From assembly GCA_964016885.1 (NCBI GenBank), contig OZ024751.1, forward strand, positions 1,364,001-1,428,000: 64,000 nt of DNA, read 5' to 3'. Positions within the stretch are counted from its first letter, which is position 1. Each line of letters opens with the position of its first letter. Below the pieces are notes generated by a model. That model was not told where the DNA came from, did no database searches, and saw only the letters and a list, made by a program, of their open reading frames with translations. This DNA is from Eledone cirrhosa. Taxonomy: Eukaryota. Shown piece by piece: positions 33,902 to 46,679 of this stretch. The position numbers were made by a program, and so were the translations under genes.

Positions 33902-35917
33902 TGTAGCGAAATCTTTCCACGCCTTGAACCTTGGGTGACACCTAAAAGTCAAATTCTAGGTGACCACCCTTTTGGTGTGAACAGGTTCATGCGTGGGTTA
34001 TCCCCTCAAGGTGGGAGACAGAAAGCGACAGGTATATAAAGCCTATACTTCCCCACCTTAGATACAGAGAGATCGGAGCACTACGATACAGACCAGCTAT
34101 GTAAGGATTCACCGCTATCTACAGGCCACAGTGGTCTACAGTCAATTACAGACCATTACCCTCTCCCTCTCTCTCCTTGTCGCAGACTAAAACTGACTCA
34201 CGACGAGAACTACTACCACGGACTGCATCCACCAACAAACTTTATCTGGTCGCTCGCTGTTTTCACATCAACAACAAAATAACATTGTCAACCTTTGCAA
34301 CTCGTGGTAACTTGATTATTGTTCTTTTTGACTCAATTGAAGTAAACCCTTCGTTAACCCGTGATTTAAAAAAAATAATAATAATAATACAATGTGGTAT
34401 TTAAAAAAAAAAGAAAACCACACGCAGCCTTTTTGATCTGATCATGGCTTGTTTTGAAAATATCAACAACTTTCTCTTACCAAGCTTCTCATCTATATTC
34501 TACGATATGATAAAACTTCACCTTTTCAAATTATTCACCAAACTTCCATTCTACGGAATATTTACAGTGACTTCGCTTTTATGTTTCGATTCATTGCCAA
34601 ACACTTCACCACTTGCTTCGTAATCTCCAATAACAACAACAACAGACAATACTTCTTGCTTCCTAGCAAGAAAACGATCACATAAAAGAAGATAAAACTG
34701 AACTTTTTGTAAAGAACAATCATATAAATAATTTGAAAAAAATTTTTTAAGGTTATATATGAACGTTCATTTTATTTTTTTATTTGTTTCACTATATTAT
34801 ATGCTTATATCAACATACACGTTTTACATCAAACACACATCATTTTCTTTGTCACACACCAGCATGTTTTTGTCTATGGTATATTCTGGATTCGGTTGGG
34901 TCTCAGCGAGATCACGTTTCAACTGGTCGAGGTACGAACGGGTCGAGGTACGGCAACAGCAATTAAACACATGATAAACGACCCACTGTTACTACTTGCT
35001 TGAACTCACTCACGCACGCAACTCAAAATTGCACACACTCATGTCATAGCGTAAACCTCGACTCACTAGAAGAGAAACTTACGTATAGCGATACATCGAG
35101 AGAAATTGTCCTCTGTGTTATATCGTAATCCGATACCGTAACACTAACGTCCATCCATCCATACACAACAGTTCGAAATACATAATCACAACTTTGTATA
35201 TTTACAGATTCTTCTAAATGTTACACACACACATGCATACACAGTTATACGGTATTTTTTTTCTCTCTCTCCAAATTTCTCTGCACTCGAAATGCGGGCG
35301 CAGTACCCACATTTTGTGTGTTTTGGGACACGCTTCTACAATCAGATTTAGCTACCCCCTTGGTAATCGATCGCTGCTCCTACATCGATCTGGGTAGGGA
35401 ACTAATGTAGCGAAATCTGTCCACGCCTTGAACCTTGGGTGACACCTACAAGTCAAATTCTAGGTGACCACCCTTTTGGTGTGAACAGGTTCATGCGTGG
35501 GTTATCCCCTCAAGGTGGGAGACAGAAAGCGATAGGTATATAAAGCCTATATTTTCCCACCTTAGATACAGCTATGTAAGGATTCACCGCTATCTACAGG
35601 CCACAGTGGTCTACAGTCAATTACAGACCATTACCCCCCCTCTCCTGGACGCAGAGTAAAACAGACTCACGACGAGAACTACTACCACGGACTGCATCCA
35701 CCAACAAACTTTATCTGGTCGCTCGCTGTTTTCACATCAACAACAAAATAACATTGTCAACCTTCGCAACTCGCGGTAACTTGATTATTGTTCTTTTTGA
35801 CTGAAGTGAAGTAAACCTTTATATATGAAGTAAATCGCTATTCTTTTTATTTCATCCAATAACCGTGTTACCTCATCTAACAATAACTACTTCTTACTAA
35901 AAATACCCTTCGTTAAA
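33902..35917 (+). mobile_element. Non-autonomous LTR retroelement (TRIM/LARD-like): LTR1 33902-34358, about 1.05 kb non-coding interior, LTR2 35406-35917
   Basis: Two highly similar direct repeats both starting TGTAGCGAAAT and ending TTCGTTAA(C/A), an imperfect inverse of the start; TATA-like gtatataaag at 34032 and 35537; purine-rich gggtagggaa just before LTR2; no clear PBS. Confidence 0.8.
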
Positions 35918-36035
35918 TATATATATATATGTAAAAGGTAAACAGAAATAACAACACAATCGGTACAGTATATGGAAGGGATATATTAGGTTAACGCACA
36001 AATCTGTGTATATATATATATGTATATATATAAAT

Positions 36036-37000
36036 GTTTGTTTAACATTATCTATTAAGTACGCTGAGATGTAATCGGTCCTAGCAGTGATTCCCATGCT
36101 AGTTCCGTCAACTTATTATTATTTCCTCCCAACTAGCAGATTAACAATGAGAGTAAGTTGAACAATTTTTCACATTTTTTATTGTTTTTTGTTTTAATAT
36201 ACGCTCTAATTCCTGTTATATATTTTTTCTCTCATTCTTCTATTGAATCGTACAAGTTGTGAAATAGACTGGTTTACGCAAGTGATTGGTCGAAATATTT
36301 AGAATTCTGATTCTAACCAGCGTGCTAACTCTATATCGCTGTGTAATCGCCGGTTGGCATTTAATGTCCAGAAAAGGTTGTAGGCACTACTATTTTTACT
36401 ATCGCACTTCTCATCATGGGACTTGGAGTCTAGAGCCGAATGCTACCATTCTATTGTACAGTGATTGGAGACTGAATTTTTCTAATAACCAATTTTTCCC
36501 TAACTTATTAATTTGTGTTTGAGATACGTTGGTTGAGTGCTTATGGCGGGAGCAGAACTATTTGAATTTTCGTCTCCTGCCATCACATAAATTTATAAAT
36601 CGGTAGCCAATCAAGGAATAGCATTGTGATGCGTAGAGATTCCAGTTGCTAATCGTTATACTATGTTGGCCGTCACAAACAGTCATAGCCGGCACGGACT
36701 GGAGTCGAATTCTGTCGATCGATTGGTTATTGATTGGGCGAAACCCGCTGATGAAGCCATATGCGCCGATTATGTATTGTTGCATAATATATGCAGACAG
36801 AGGGTGCAGTGCACCCTACTGCTGCATTACGTGTGGCCGAAACTCGAGTTCGGGAATAATTGAAGGTACCCGTTTACATGTGTTGTATTGAAGCGAATAA
36901 CTATGTGTATACTCTGTGAGTTTATTTAACATTACCTATTGAGTACGCTGAGATGCAACCGGTCCTAGAAGTGAAACCCATGCTAGTTTTGTCAACTTAT
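36036..37000. repeat. Pair of about 80-bp diverged direct repeats (36036-36116, 36919-37000) enclosing about 800 bp non-coding DNA
   Basis: gtttgtttaacattatctattaagtacgctgagatgtaatcggtcctagcagtgattcccatgctagttccgtcaacttat versus gtttatttaacattacctattgagtacgctgagatgcaaccggtcctagaagtgaaacccatgctagttttgtcaacttat. Confidence 0.75.
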
Positions 37001-37211
37001 ATATATATATATATATAGTTATATATAAACATATGCATATGTTAATTTGATAGGTGTACGACAGAACAAAGGAGAGACACAAAATAACAAATTATTCATT
37101 GAGGAGGTTATACGTACACACACACACACACGCATATATATATGTGTGTGTGTGTGTGAGATAGAGAGAGAGAGTGTGTGTGTGTAAATATGTGTATGTG
37201 TGTGAGTGTGT

Positions 37212-37500
37212 GTGTAAGGGTAAAACCTCTCTTTGTTTACAAATGACCATTGAGGTTTGCACCTAGAAAGTTTCCCTTCTGATGGACAAGTCTGGGCAAG
37301 ATTGTTTGTGGAAGACCAACATGCATACCAGTCCTCCCTCTCCATGCCACCGGTGTTGTCCAAGGGAAAGGTAATGGCCGATACAGTTTGGCACCAGTGG
37401 CATCACAACTCATTTCTACAACTGAGTCAACTGGAGCAACGTGAAATAAACTGTTTTCCTCAAGGATTCAACACACCGCCCAACCCGGGAATCGAACTCA
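37212..37500 (-). mobile_element. tRNA-derived SINE, 5'-truncated
   Basis: Minus strand: box B-like gagttcgattccc followed by ccttgaggaaaacagtttatttcacgttgctccagttgactcag core; ends at a (CA)n tail. Confidence 0.65.
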
Positions 37501-37825
37501 CATAAAAATTAATAAGTTAGAATATTAAAGAATTTCCTACAAATTATCTTACATAAGAAAAATAGTTATAAAGTGTTGGCAGTACACAAAATGGCTTCTC
37601 ATGTATACATGCAAGTTAACAGTTCACAGCGAAAATAAGTTATTTCTTCTTCCTCTGGTAGAAGGAACAATTTGAAATAAAGTGTATAACGTATATAACC
37701 ACTACTCTATCACAGATGTCCCGCCTGATGCAAGTTTTATCACAGGTCTCTAGTATATGTCATGTGATTTTTTATATATAACGTCTGTCATATCTACTAT
37801 TAGTATCTGCATTGTGGACGCAGTG

Positions 37826-38060
37826 AAGGCGTTGGGCTTAGTGGTAAGAGTGTTGGACGATCATAATGTCGTGGGTTCAGTTCTTGCAGTGGGTTGCGTG
37901 TTGTGTTCTTGAGCAAAACACTTCATTTCATGTTGCTCCAGTATACTCAGCTGAAAATGAGCACCAGCAATAGATGGGGATGTAACTCTGCGATGGACTG
38001 GTGACCTGCCCATGTAAGAGTCTTCTACTCTCAGTCGCTTAACGCAAAGAAGACCGGCTG
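37826..38060 (+). mobile_element. tRNA-derived CORE-type SINE
   Basis: Box A ggcttagtgg, box B-like ggttcagttct, then tgtgttcttgagcaaaacacttcatttcatgttgctccag (CORE-like domain). Confidence 0.75.
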
Positions 38061-38088
38061 GAGACAGACTTTAGACTCTTGTGGACCT

Positions 38089-38400
38089 AGCATGGCCGAA
38101 TGGTTGTGGAGTTCGATTCTCAATCATTAGATCCCAGGTTCGATCCTACGACGAGTCATGTTGGGCATGTGCCATTTACCCTGGGTCAAGCCTTGAGTGT
38201 GAAGTTGGATAGATGGAAATTTGTTTGGCAATCAGTTGGATGAACTGTTCCTGTGATTCAAACGATCAGCATTGTTACATACCGCATCTCGTTGAAGGTC
38301 CCTCAGAATTACCTTAAGTGTACACTTCGCTACTTATACAATAATTTCACGTGTAGGCTATTCCACTGGTAAAACAACTGAAACACTCATCGTCGTAAGC
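38089..38400 (+). mobile_element. Second tRNA-derived SINE remnant
   Basis: agcatggccgaatggtt (box A) and ggttcgatcc (box B), continuing into non-tRNA body; 3' end approximate. Confidence 0.55.
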
Positions 38401-38586
38401 AAGGGAAATCCATTCCGTTCAATATCTGACATATATGATATGTAGTATCAATTTTAACTGTTAACCACTCATCATCGCAACCGAGGGAGATCCATTCCGT
38501 TCAAAATCTGGCATATTTTAGGTCTAAACTCTTCTCCGACGTATTTGATAGGAATAGATGAATCAGGGATTTATTGAATAGAAGAC

Positions 38587-38700
38587 TGAGAGAATGAGAG
38601 AATTGGAGGATGAGAGAACGAGGGATTGAGAGAATGAGAAAATTAGAGAATGAGAGAATGAGGGAATGAGAGAATGAGAGAATGAAAGAATGAGAGAATG
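38587..38700. repeat. GAGAATGA/GAGAGAATG minisatellite
   Basis: Direct reading of 8-9-bp units. Confidence 0.85.
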
Positions 38701-38726
38701 GTAAACTAATTCAATTTATATAAAAT

Positions 38727-38916
38727 AATTGTTTCTACTTTGGGCACAAGGCCAGCAATTATCCCAGTGTATTACTGGTACTTTATTTTATCGACTCCGT
38801 AAGGATGAAAGGCAAAGTTAATCTCGGCGGGATTTGAACTCTGACCATAAAGGGCCGTAACTCTTTGCTGCAAAGCATAGCGTCCAACCCTCTACCGATA
38901 CTGCCAATCCACCGCA
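38727..38916 (-). mobile_element. SINE of a second family (gagttcaaatcccgccgag...ctttgcctttcatcct...gtcgataaaataaagtaccagt)
   Basis: Same body at 45668-45820 (+) and 46680-47165 (-); box B-like gagttcaaatcc. Confidence 0.75.
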
Positions 38917-39927
38917 ATTTATATAAAATAATCAAAGATAATGACATTCTAGTGTCACTTATTGTGCATTTATGTAGAAAACTTACAATGGAAGTCTCCA
39001 GGGACAAACGAAGAATGGTAATGATATACACACATATATATAACTACGGATTATATACAAGTTTCTGCATAACCTGGAAATGATTTATCCCAATTTGTAG
39101 AAATCTTATAACGAAATGGCCGTCTGGAAGGAAAGAGATATTTATTTAATAATGTCTCATATAAAATAATACAACCAATTTTCCACGAAATACTGATTTG
39201 TTAGCACCCCAAACACTAAATTGGGATAATACTTAAGTATATCCTAATGTTTGTTGAGTGAGATGGAATTGGTCGGAGTATCGCTTAAGGCTTTCTCTGT
39301 TTATGTATTGTACATATATATATAGATATATATACATATATATAGATATATATACATATATAGATATATATACATATATATAGATATACACACATATATA
39401 CATATATATTCATATATACATGTATACATATACACATACATATATACATATATGGTGGCTGCCAACTCGTTTTCGAGTACGGCCACTACTTTATATCCAT
39501 GTAGGAGAACCCTTACTGATGCGCTGAACGAGTGTGACTTTTTAGTCCAGCCAGCGACTTGAAAACTCTGGTACAAACACTACACTGGTGACAATTACTG
39601 ACACATAGTGCTGGGCCCATTGTACCATGTGACGACAAGTGCAGAGAGAACTCCAGATATAAAGCAATGCCTGTGCCGTGACGCTTTTATAGTGAGCAAA
39701 GGCACTGCACAAAGCCAGTCCCACTCTCTTAACCAAGATGATATTTACCAAAAAGAAGAACAAGTCAACATCATTGGATACCATCAGGGTTGCAGGTGTT
39801 ATATCAGAGTTTTCCTTCTCCTAGAATTCTGCCTTGACAAAGGCTAAGGGGTCATCTCTCCCGGGATGTATATATATACATATATACATGTATACATACA
39901 TTAATACATACATATATAAAAAGTGTG

Positions 39928-40730
39928 TGCTTTGGGAGGGTCATATTGCGAATAAGAAACACACGCACCAGTTGCTTTCACTTCAATTTATTATAAATTA
40001 AATTTATAAATTTAGGAATTTATAAATTTCCGGTTGGTTGGTTGGTTCCACAACCAGACGATTATTCATATATTGTCAAAGTTCTTTCGTCACACATTCT
40101 GTGACCTCTTCAGTGACTGGGGATTCTTTTCTTTGTTTTTGTGCCTCTCCTTTGTTCTGTCTTATGCCATCTTGTTTGTGTGTGTGTTGTGTGCTTAGTT
40201 TGCGCATGTGTTACATCCAGGTGTCTGTGTGTGTTTATATTTGTTTATTTATTTGTTTATTTACATGTTACTGGTTGGTTGTTTGTTATATGTGTGTGTT
40301 TTCATTTTGTCCTTAATTGTAAGTTGTGATGTTTACAATTAAGGAGAAAATGAAAACACACACACACATAGAACAAACTACCAACCAGTAACATGTAAAT
40401 AAACAAATAAATAAACGAATATAAACACACACAGACACCTGGATGTAACACATGCGCAAACTAAGCACACAACACACACACAAACAAGATGGCATAAGAC
40501 AGAACAAAGGAGAGGCACAAAAACAAAGAAAAGAATCCCCAGTCACTGAAGAGGTCATAGTATGTATGACGAAAGAACTTTGACAATATATGAACAATCG
40601 TCTGGTTGTGGAACCAACCAACCAACCGGAAATTTATAAATTCCTAAATTAATAATTGAATTTATAATAAATTGAAGTGAAAGCAACAGGTGCGTGTGTT
40701 TCTTATTAGCAACATGACCCTCCCAAAGCA
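39928..40730. mobile_element. Palindromic (head-to-head) pair of Penelope-like pseudo-LTRs, no coding region
   Basis: About 395-bp arms with a 10-bp centre near 40323-40332; arms match the pLTRs at 42335-42740, 44186-44480 and 61645-62040. Confidence 0.88.
40542..40584 (+). ncRNA. Minimal type-I hammerhead-like ribozyme in PLE pLTR (mirror copy at 40075-40117, minus)
   Basis: gtca-CTGAAGA-g-gtcata/tatgac-GAAA-gaac-TT-tgac; stem II shows a compensatory change relative to gtcaca/tgtgac in other copies. Confidence 0.65.
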
Positions 40731-40868
40731 TAACAATATATATATAAATGGAAAAAATGAAATTTCATTTCTCACTCTTAGTACGGCTGATACTTAAATA
40801 TAAGTTTGTATACGTACATACAAATATGTATACAGACGCACAGTAGTATGTATATACATACATACATG

Positions 40869-40975
<107 letters not shown>

Positions 40976-41005
40976 AGATCAACAGATGGTTAAAGGAGTT
41001 CCATG

Positions 41006-41076
41006 TATTTTATTATGCGCATTTCAAAAACAAACATCATCATGCAATAATATTTGTGTTTTCATCAGATAAAACA
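41006..41076 (-). ncRNA. Minimal type-I hammerhead ribozyme
   Basis: Reverse complement of 41175-41245. Confidence 0.82.
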
Positions 41077-41174
41077 GGAGAACATGATATGAAGGCTAAA
41101 AAACACTTGTGGATAGTGCAGTTTTAAATCAACACTATCCACAAGTGTTTTTTAGCCTTCATATCATGTTCTCC

Positions 41175-41245
41175 TGTTTTATCTGATGAAAACACAAATA
41201 TTATTGCATGATGATGTTTGTTTTTGAAATGCGCATAATAAAATA
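41175..41245 (+). ncRNA. Minimal type-I hammerhead ribozyme
   Basis: Stem I tgttttat/ataaaata, core CTGATGA (41183), long AU/GU stem II, GAAA (41226), palindromic stem III ATGCGCAT, predicted cleavage after AUA. Confidence 0.82.
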
Positions 41246-41385
41246 CATGGAACTCCTTTAACCATCTTTTGATCTTATATTATGTATACTCCAGTCCTAC
41301 AAACTGTAGAGTGCTTCTTATCCGATATCTGCATTGCTTTATTGTACTACAATAAAACTCACCTCCTACATATATATATATATAT

Positions 41386-41580
41386 ATGTACGTATGGGTT
41401 TACCGAACATTTATTATAATGCTCGGTTTGTTTGTAAACAAACAGCCCGAACTATTAGCCGTACAGTGTTCGGCAACAATCGTTGCCATTTTGTTCAACA
41501 CTGACAAAAGAACTGTCGGGCTGTTTGTTTACAAACAAACCGCGCATTATAATAAATGTTCGGTAAACCCATACGTACAT
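41386..41580. mobile_element. MITE-like element with about 65-bp terminal inverted repeats in TA context (partial copy at about 50445-50565)
   Basis: atgtacgtatgggtttaccgaacatttattataatgc...aaacagcccga and its reverse complement at the right end. Confidence 0.8.
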
Positions 41581-42240
41581 ATAAATATGTGTGCATGTAT
41601 GTATGTATATACATACTACTGTACGTCTGTATACATATATGTATGTACGTATACATACTTATATATATATATATGGTATAATAAAAATATATATGAAGCT
41701 ATAGTGATATTTTCCATTTATTACTATTAATAATATTATATATATATATGTAGTATACATATATATGTATATATATATGTATATATCAAAGGGCAAAGGA
41801 GCTCTTAAGAGTCAATGGCCATCCAAAATCACCGGGAGAGTTGACCCCTTAGCCTTTGTCAAGGCAGAATTCTAGGAGAAGGAAAACTCTGATATAACAC
41901 CTGCAACCCTGATGGTATCCAATGATGTTGACTTGTTCTTCTTTTTGGTAAATATCATCTTGGTTAAGAGAGTGGGACTGGCTTTGTGCAGTGCCTTTGC
42001 TCACTATAAAAGCTTCACGGCACAGGCATTGCTTTATATCTGGAGATCTATCTGCACTTGTCGTCACATGGTACCATGGGCCGAGCACTATGTGTCAATA
42101 ATTGTCACAAGTGTAGTGTTTGTACCAGAGTTTTCAAGTCGCTAACTGGACTAAAAAGTCACACTCGTTCAGCGTATCGGTATGGGTTCTCCTACATGGA
42201 TATAAAGTAGTGGCCGTACTCGAAAACGAGTTGGCAGCCA

Positions 42241-42282
<42 letters not shown>

Positions 42283-42679
42283 TTTCTGAATTTGTTTAGC
42301 AAGATTCTTTATCTGAAAACGTGTGTTCAAACCGATATTGTTATACTTTGGGAGGGTCATGTTGCCAATAAGAAACACACGCACCAGATGCATTCACCTT
42401 AATTTATTATAAATTAAATTTATAAATTTAGGAATTTATAAATATCCGGTTGGTTGGTTGGTTCCACAACCAGATGATTGTTCATATATTGTCAAAGTTC
42501 TTTCGTCACACATTCTGTGACCTCTTCAGTGTCTGGGGATTCTTTTCTTTGTTTTTGTGCCTCTCCTTTGTTCTGTCCTACGCCATCTTGTTTTTCTGTG
42601 TGTTGTGTGCTTAGTATGAGCATGTGTTACATCCGGGTGTCTGTGTGTGTTTATATTTGTTTATTTTTTTATTTACATG

Positions 42680-44185
42680 TTACTGGTTGGTTGTTTGTTC
42701 TATGTGTCTGTGTGTTTTCATATTGTCCTTAATTGTAAGTTGTGATGTTGCTGTTCCATTCATGTTTTCTATTCTATTTAATTTTGGTTGGAGTTCATTT
42801 ATGTTTATTGCCTCTGTGATTTGTCTAAACATTGCATCTTTTCTGTGTGTAGATTCTATTTTTATTTCTATGTTCTCTAATTTACCCTTATGTTCTATTT
42901 TAGCATGTTGGTGGAGTACAGATGATTCTTTACTATCTTGAAGCTCTCGCCAGTGTTCATTTATCCGTTCCCCTATACTACGAGCTGTCTCACCTATGTA
43001 CACTATATTCTTATCTCTATATTCTTATCTCTACATTGTCCTTCAGTACATCTTATGCTATATACTACATGTCTAGTTTTACAGTTAATATGGGGGCTTA
43101 ATTTACAGATTATACATTTCTTATTTATACAGTGAGGTCTTTGAAAAGGGTATGTATTGCTAATAAGTGTTTTTATGGAGGTACCTGGTCTTTCTACTAT
43201 CTTAATAGTGAGTTTATGTTTATCTAGGGCCCTTCTAAATTTGTAAGCTAATTCACCTCTAGGGGTTGTATCGATGAACATTACACTCTGGTATTTATTG
43301 CTCTCATACCATGAGTTTATTCTATTAACCTTATTCCTAGTTCTTTCTATTCTATTCCAAAATTTGCTCCTATACAAGGGGCAGGTCCCATTTGTATCAT
43401 TATTTACCATTTTTTCCCATTTGGTTCTGGCTCCTCTATATACACTGATTTTATCTCTCTGATTGTAACAAGAGAACTGCATACGGTGGATGAAGTGTTG
43501 TATGTGTCTCTCTAGTTCTTTAGGGTTGCACATGCGGGACACGTTTCTCATCACCCGTACCAAATTCGCAATCAGTATATTGATTTTGGTATGGTCCGAA
43601 ACAGCTGAGTTTCGGTGGATCACATATTTGGAAGTCATGGCTTTGGCATAATGGGAATGGAGGATTTGTTTTTTGTTATTAATGGTATCTAACCAAAGAT
43701 CTGTGTCTAGTACAGGTAATCGATGGTTGGGGTGTTTGCTTGGGTAGTCTATAGTAACTCTAATACTCTGGTGGATGGAGTTAGCTATTTGCTGGATGCT
43801 TTCCATGGTGTTTTTGTCTAATTCCTGACTGTTCTCTAGTGGGGGTGTTTTTACTTCGATGTTTATATCATCAACGTAGCGGGAGTATATTATCAGGGTT
43901 AAGGGGTTGCTGTCTTCTAATTGTTCTTTAAGTTTAAGTCTATTGTCCCACCATCCCATGAATAGGTTAGCTATGTCACCTGCAATGCTCACACCAATGG
44001 CTTCTCCCTCCTCTTGGGTATATGTTTTTCCATTAAATTTGAACATATGTTCCTTAAGGGTTAATTTTATACTGGCCCCCACCGCATGTGCAATCATTTT
44101 CTTTAGTTCATCGTCGTTTTCGGGGGTCCGTATGGCTCTGGTCCACCCGTTCCATCTATCTGTGTGGGTTTTCTTGTCCATTGAG
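42680..44185 (-). pseudogene. PLE reverse transcriptase + GIY-YIG endonuclease, truncated with one frame break near 43003
   Basis: FKFNGKTYTQEEGEAIGVSIAGDIANLFM, YSRYVDD, LPVLD, Cys-rich linker HCINKKCIIC..NCKTRHVVYSIRC...C, YIGETARSIGERINEH, RQITEA, LN. Confidence 0.92.
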
Positions 44186-44281
44186 GTAACACATGCGCAA
44201 ACTAAGCACACAACACACAGAAAAACAAGATGGCGTAGGACAGAATAAAGGAGAGGCACAAAATAAAGAAAAGAATCCCCA

Positions 44282-44324
44282 GTCACTGAAGAGGTCACAG
44301 AATGTGTGACGAAAGAACTTTGAC
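44282..44324 (+). ncRNA. Minimal hammerhead-like motif in inverted pLTR (sense-strand copy at 42491-42533, minus)
   Basis: gtca-CTGAAGA-g-gtcaca-gaatg-tgtgac-GAAA-gaac-TT-tgac. Confidence 0.65.
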
Positions 44325-45062
44325 AATATATGAACAATCATCTGGTTGTGGAACCAACCAACCAACCGGAAATTTATAAATTCCTAAATTTATAAATTTA
44401 ATTTATAATAAATTGAAGTGAAAGCAACTGGTGCGTGTGTTTCTTATTGGCAACATGACCCTCCCAAATTATAACAATATATATATATATATGTATGTAT
44501 GTATATGTACATACAAACACACAAACAAACACATACACACACACAGATATATAATATATATGGAGAAAGGTGAGCGGGCGAGAGTGAGCAAGCGATCAAG
44601 CGAGTGAGAAATAGGCGAAGAGAAAGAGAGACACAGAAGAGTAAGAGAGAGAAAAGCTGTACATTCTCTCAGCGTATATTTCTGTTCTGGTAGACAACAG
44701 TTAAGAAATCAATGTTTCCACCAACAATGCTTACTTAGACAGAAACAAACATTCTTATCTGTTCAATATTATTCATACAACCTCGACACGCCGACCTATA
44801 CGGACTGGATATTATTTTTCTTTCTCTCTTGTTTTCTCCTAATTCTTTCTTAAATAGGGGGTATTTTACCCGAAATATCACGAACATACAATATTTTAAA
44901 TGTAATTTAAGATATTTGGTCCTGTTTTTATTTCTGTTTATTCTACTAACTCTACTGATATAGCTTTCTAGCACTCAGTTTCTATATATTCAACAATAGT
45001 CCAAGCAAATTACAACACTCTTCTTTCGGTATGTTTGATTTTTAAAATGATTTGGTTTATCT

Positions 45063-45303
45063 GCAAGAGACTCAGGGGTGGACCCCGAGCAAGATGGTTG
45101 GATAACGTCCATGAGCTTGGCTGGTTACGCTTGGGGATCCAGCCGGATCAGTTGGAGACAGTTGCTTCTGATAGGACACGCTGGAAGGAGTGTTTGAAGA
45201 CTCTGCCCATCGACCCTCTCAGAAATAAGTGGGCGAAGAAGAAGAAGAAGAAGAAGAAGAAGAAGAAGAAGAAGAAGAAGAAGAAGAAGAAGAAGAAGAA
45301 GAA
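45063..45303 (+). mobile_element. 5'-truncated RTE-clade LINE 3' end with (GAA)n tail and 14-bp target-site duplication
   Basis: KRLRGGPRARWLDNV...LETVASDRTRWK matches the RTE C-terminal pattern; (GAA)n 45235-45303; gatttggtttatct at 45049-45062 and 45304-45317. Confidence 0.85.
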
Positions 45304-45667
45304 GATTTGGTTTATCTTGGAGAAAAGGAGAGTGCTGAAGGCCTCCACAGACCTTTCAATGCCAGATATGAAACTCGACTAATGGTGAATAGCAAAATAA
45401 TCACTTACAAACGGTAGGAAGCTAGAAAACTTAAACTATTGAAGAATCTAATTACGCCAACGAGAGATAGACATTGCGTCAGTTCTTAAATCTACTCAAA
45501 ACAGAAAGGGGGAGACAATTCCAAATCTATAAACGTAAATATGTTGATAACACAAAAATCTCAATATATTTAAACTAGAAATAGGCATGCGGCAAGGGAC
45601 GGTGTTTCTCGATTATCTTAATGCATCAATCTATCCACAACTTTTGAATATCTGTATATTTGTTCCA

Positions 45668-45820
45668 GGCGGCGAATTGGCTGAGTCATTAGAAGGTTGG
45701 ATAGAATGCTTTACGGTACTCGTTCCGACTCTCTGCTCTCTCAGTTCAAATACTGCTGAGGTCAACTTTGTCTTTCGAGGTCGATAAAAAAAGTTCCAGT
45801 CTAGTACTGGGGTCGATTCT
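45668..45820 (+). mobile_element. SINE (second family)
   Basis: ggcggcgaattggctgagtcattaga...cagttcaaatactgctgaggtcaactttg...gtcgataaaa...ccagt, homologous to 38727-38916. Confidence 0.7.
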
Positions 45821-46679
45821 TCTTCTATATCTCTTTCTCATTTTCCTCTCTCACTTTCTCTGTTTCTCTGGAAGAAATCTGCTGTACTCAGGCCTGGAGA
45901 GGGTTGGGCTACGCCAGGCTTAAAATGCCCAAGAAACGCCGTATGTCAATACGGCGCCCCTACGAATCTATCAAGAATTACGGAACCATACATACATATT
46001 TATTCACGTTAAGTAGAACAATACAATCACTGTTTACCAGGTATACAGTTAAGAATTCTCTATCTTCTCTATCTTGATGCTTTCATCATTCGAGAGCTTT
46101 TATATATATCTGTACGTCTAACAAACTATCAGTGAATTTTTGTATGAATTTATTCCTGTCAACTAGACCGGTTCAATCCCGGTTTAACCTTCATGATTGA
46201 AATGTACACTAACACTAAAAGTTAGAACTTATATGGGATTATACTTCGCTGTAAAGAGTATAATAAGACTGAAATAAGTCACCAAAGATCAGATGGAGAT
46301 AATACGTATTATTCCTTGTGTCAATGTTGTTTTTCATTTAACCGCATAATGAGATCTTATAAGATTGAAACATGGCTGGAGTTGTGAACGACCACATACA
46401 ATCAATATCAAGACGCTTTCTATAATCCACTCCGAGCGTAATTCAAAATTTGAACAAATATTTCAGAATTGTCTGCCTTTCCTGTCTTGGATCAGATTTA
46501 GTAATTGAGCTAAGGTTTTCTTTTTATCAAAGCAAAGAGAGTCTTAAAACAGCCTTTTGATTCGAAACTATCTGGAATCAACCCTCGTTCCACAGAACAA
46601 AGCTGTTTGTATTAAACTGTCTATACCCATCATAGCTTTATGCAAGAATCTTTAAGTTAGGTTCTAAATACCAGCTTAA

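Larger units (their letters stand above)
42335..44480 (-). mobile_element. Penelope-like element (Neptune-like), 5'-truncated, with 3' pLTR (42335-42740) and inverted pLTR copy (44186-44480)
   Basis: RT and GIY-YIG coding region flanked by inverted copies of the same terminal repeat, the classic PLE insertion geometry; flanked by (TA)n. Confidence 0.92.

Noticed and set aside
36737-36759. Functional permuted hammerhead ggcGAAAcccgCTGATGAagcc
   Set aside because: Only 4 nt separate the boxes, leaving no room for stem III, the cleavage site and stem I
40038-40621. Duplicated small Cys-rich protein MVGSTTRRLFIYCQSS...
   Set aside because: Antisense reading of the PLE pLTR, repeated wherever the pLTR occurs; no evidence of coding
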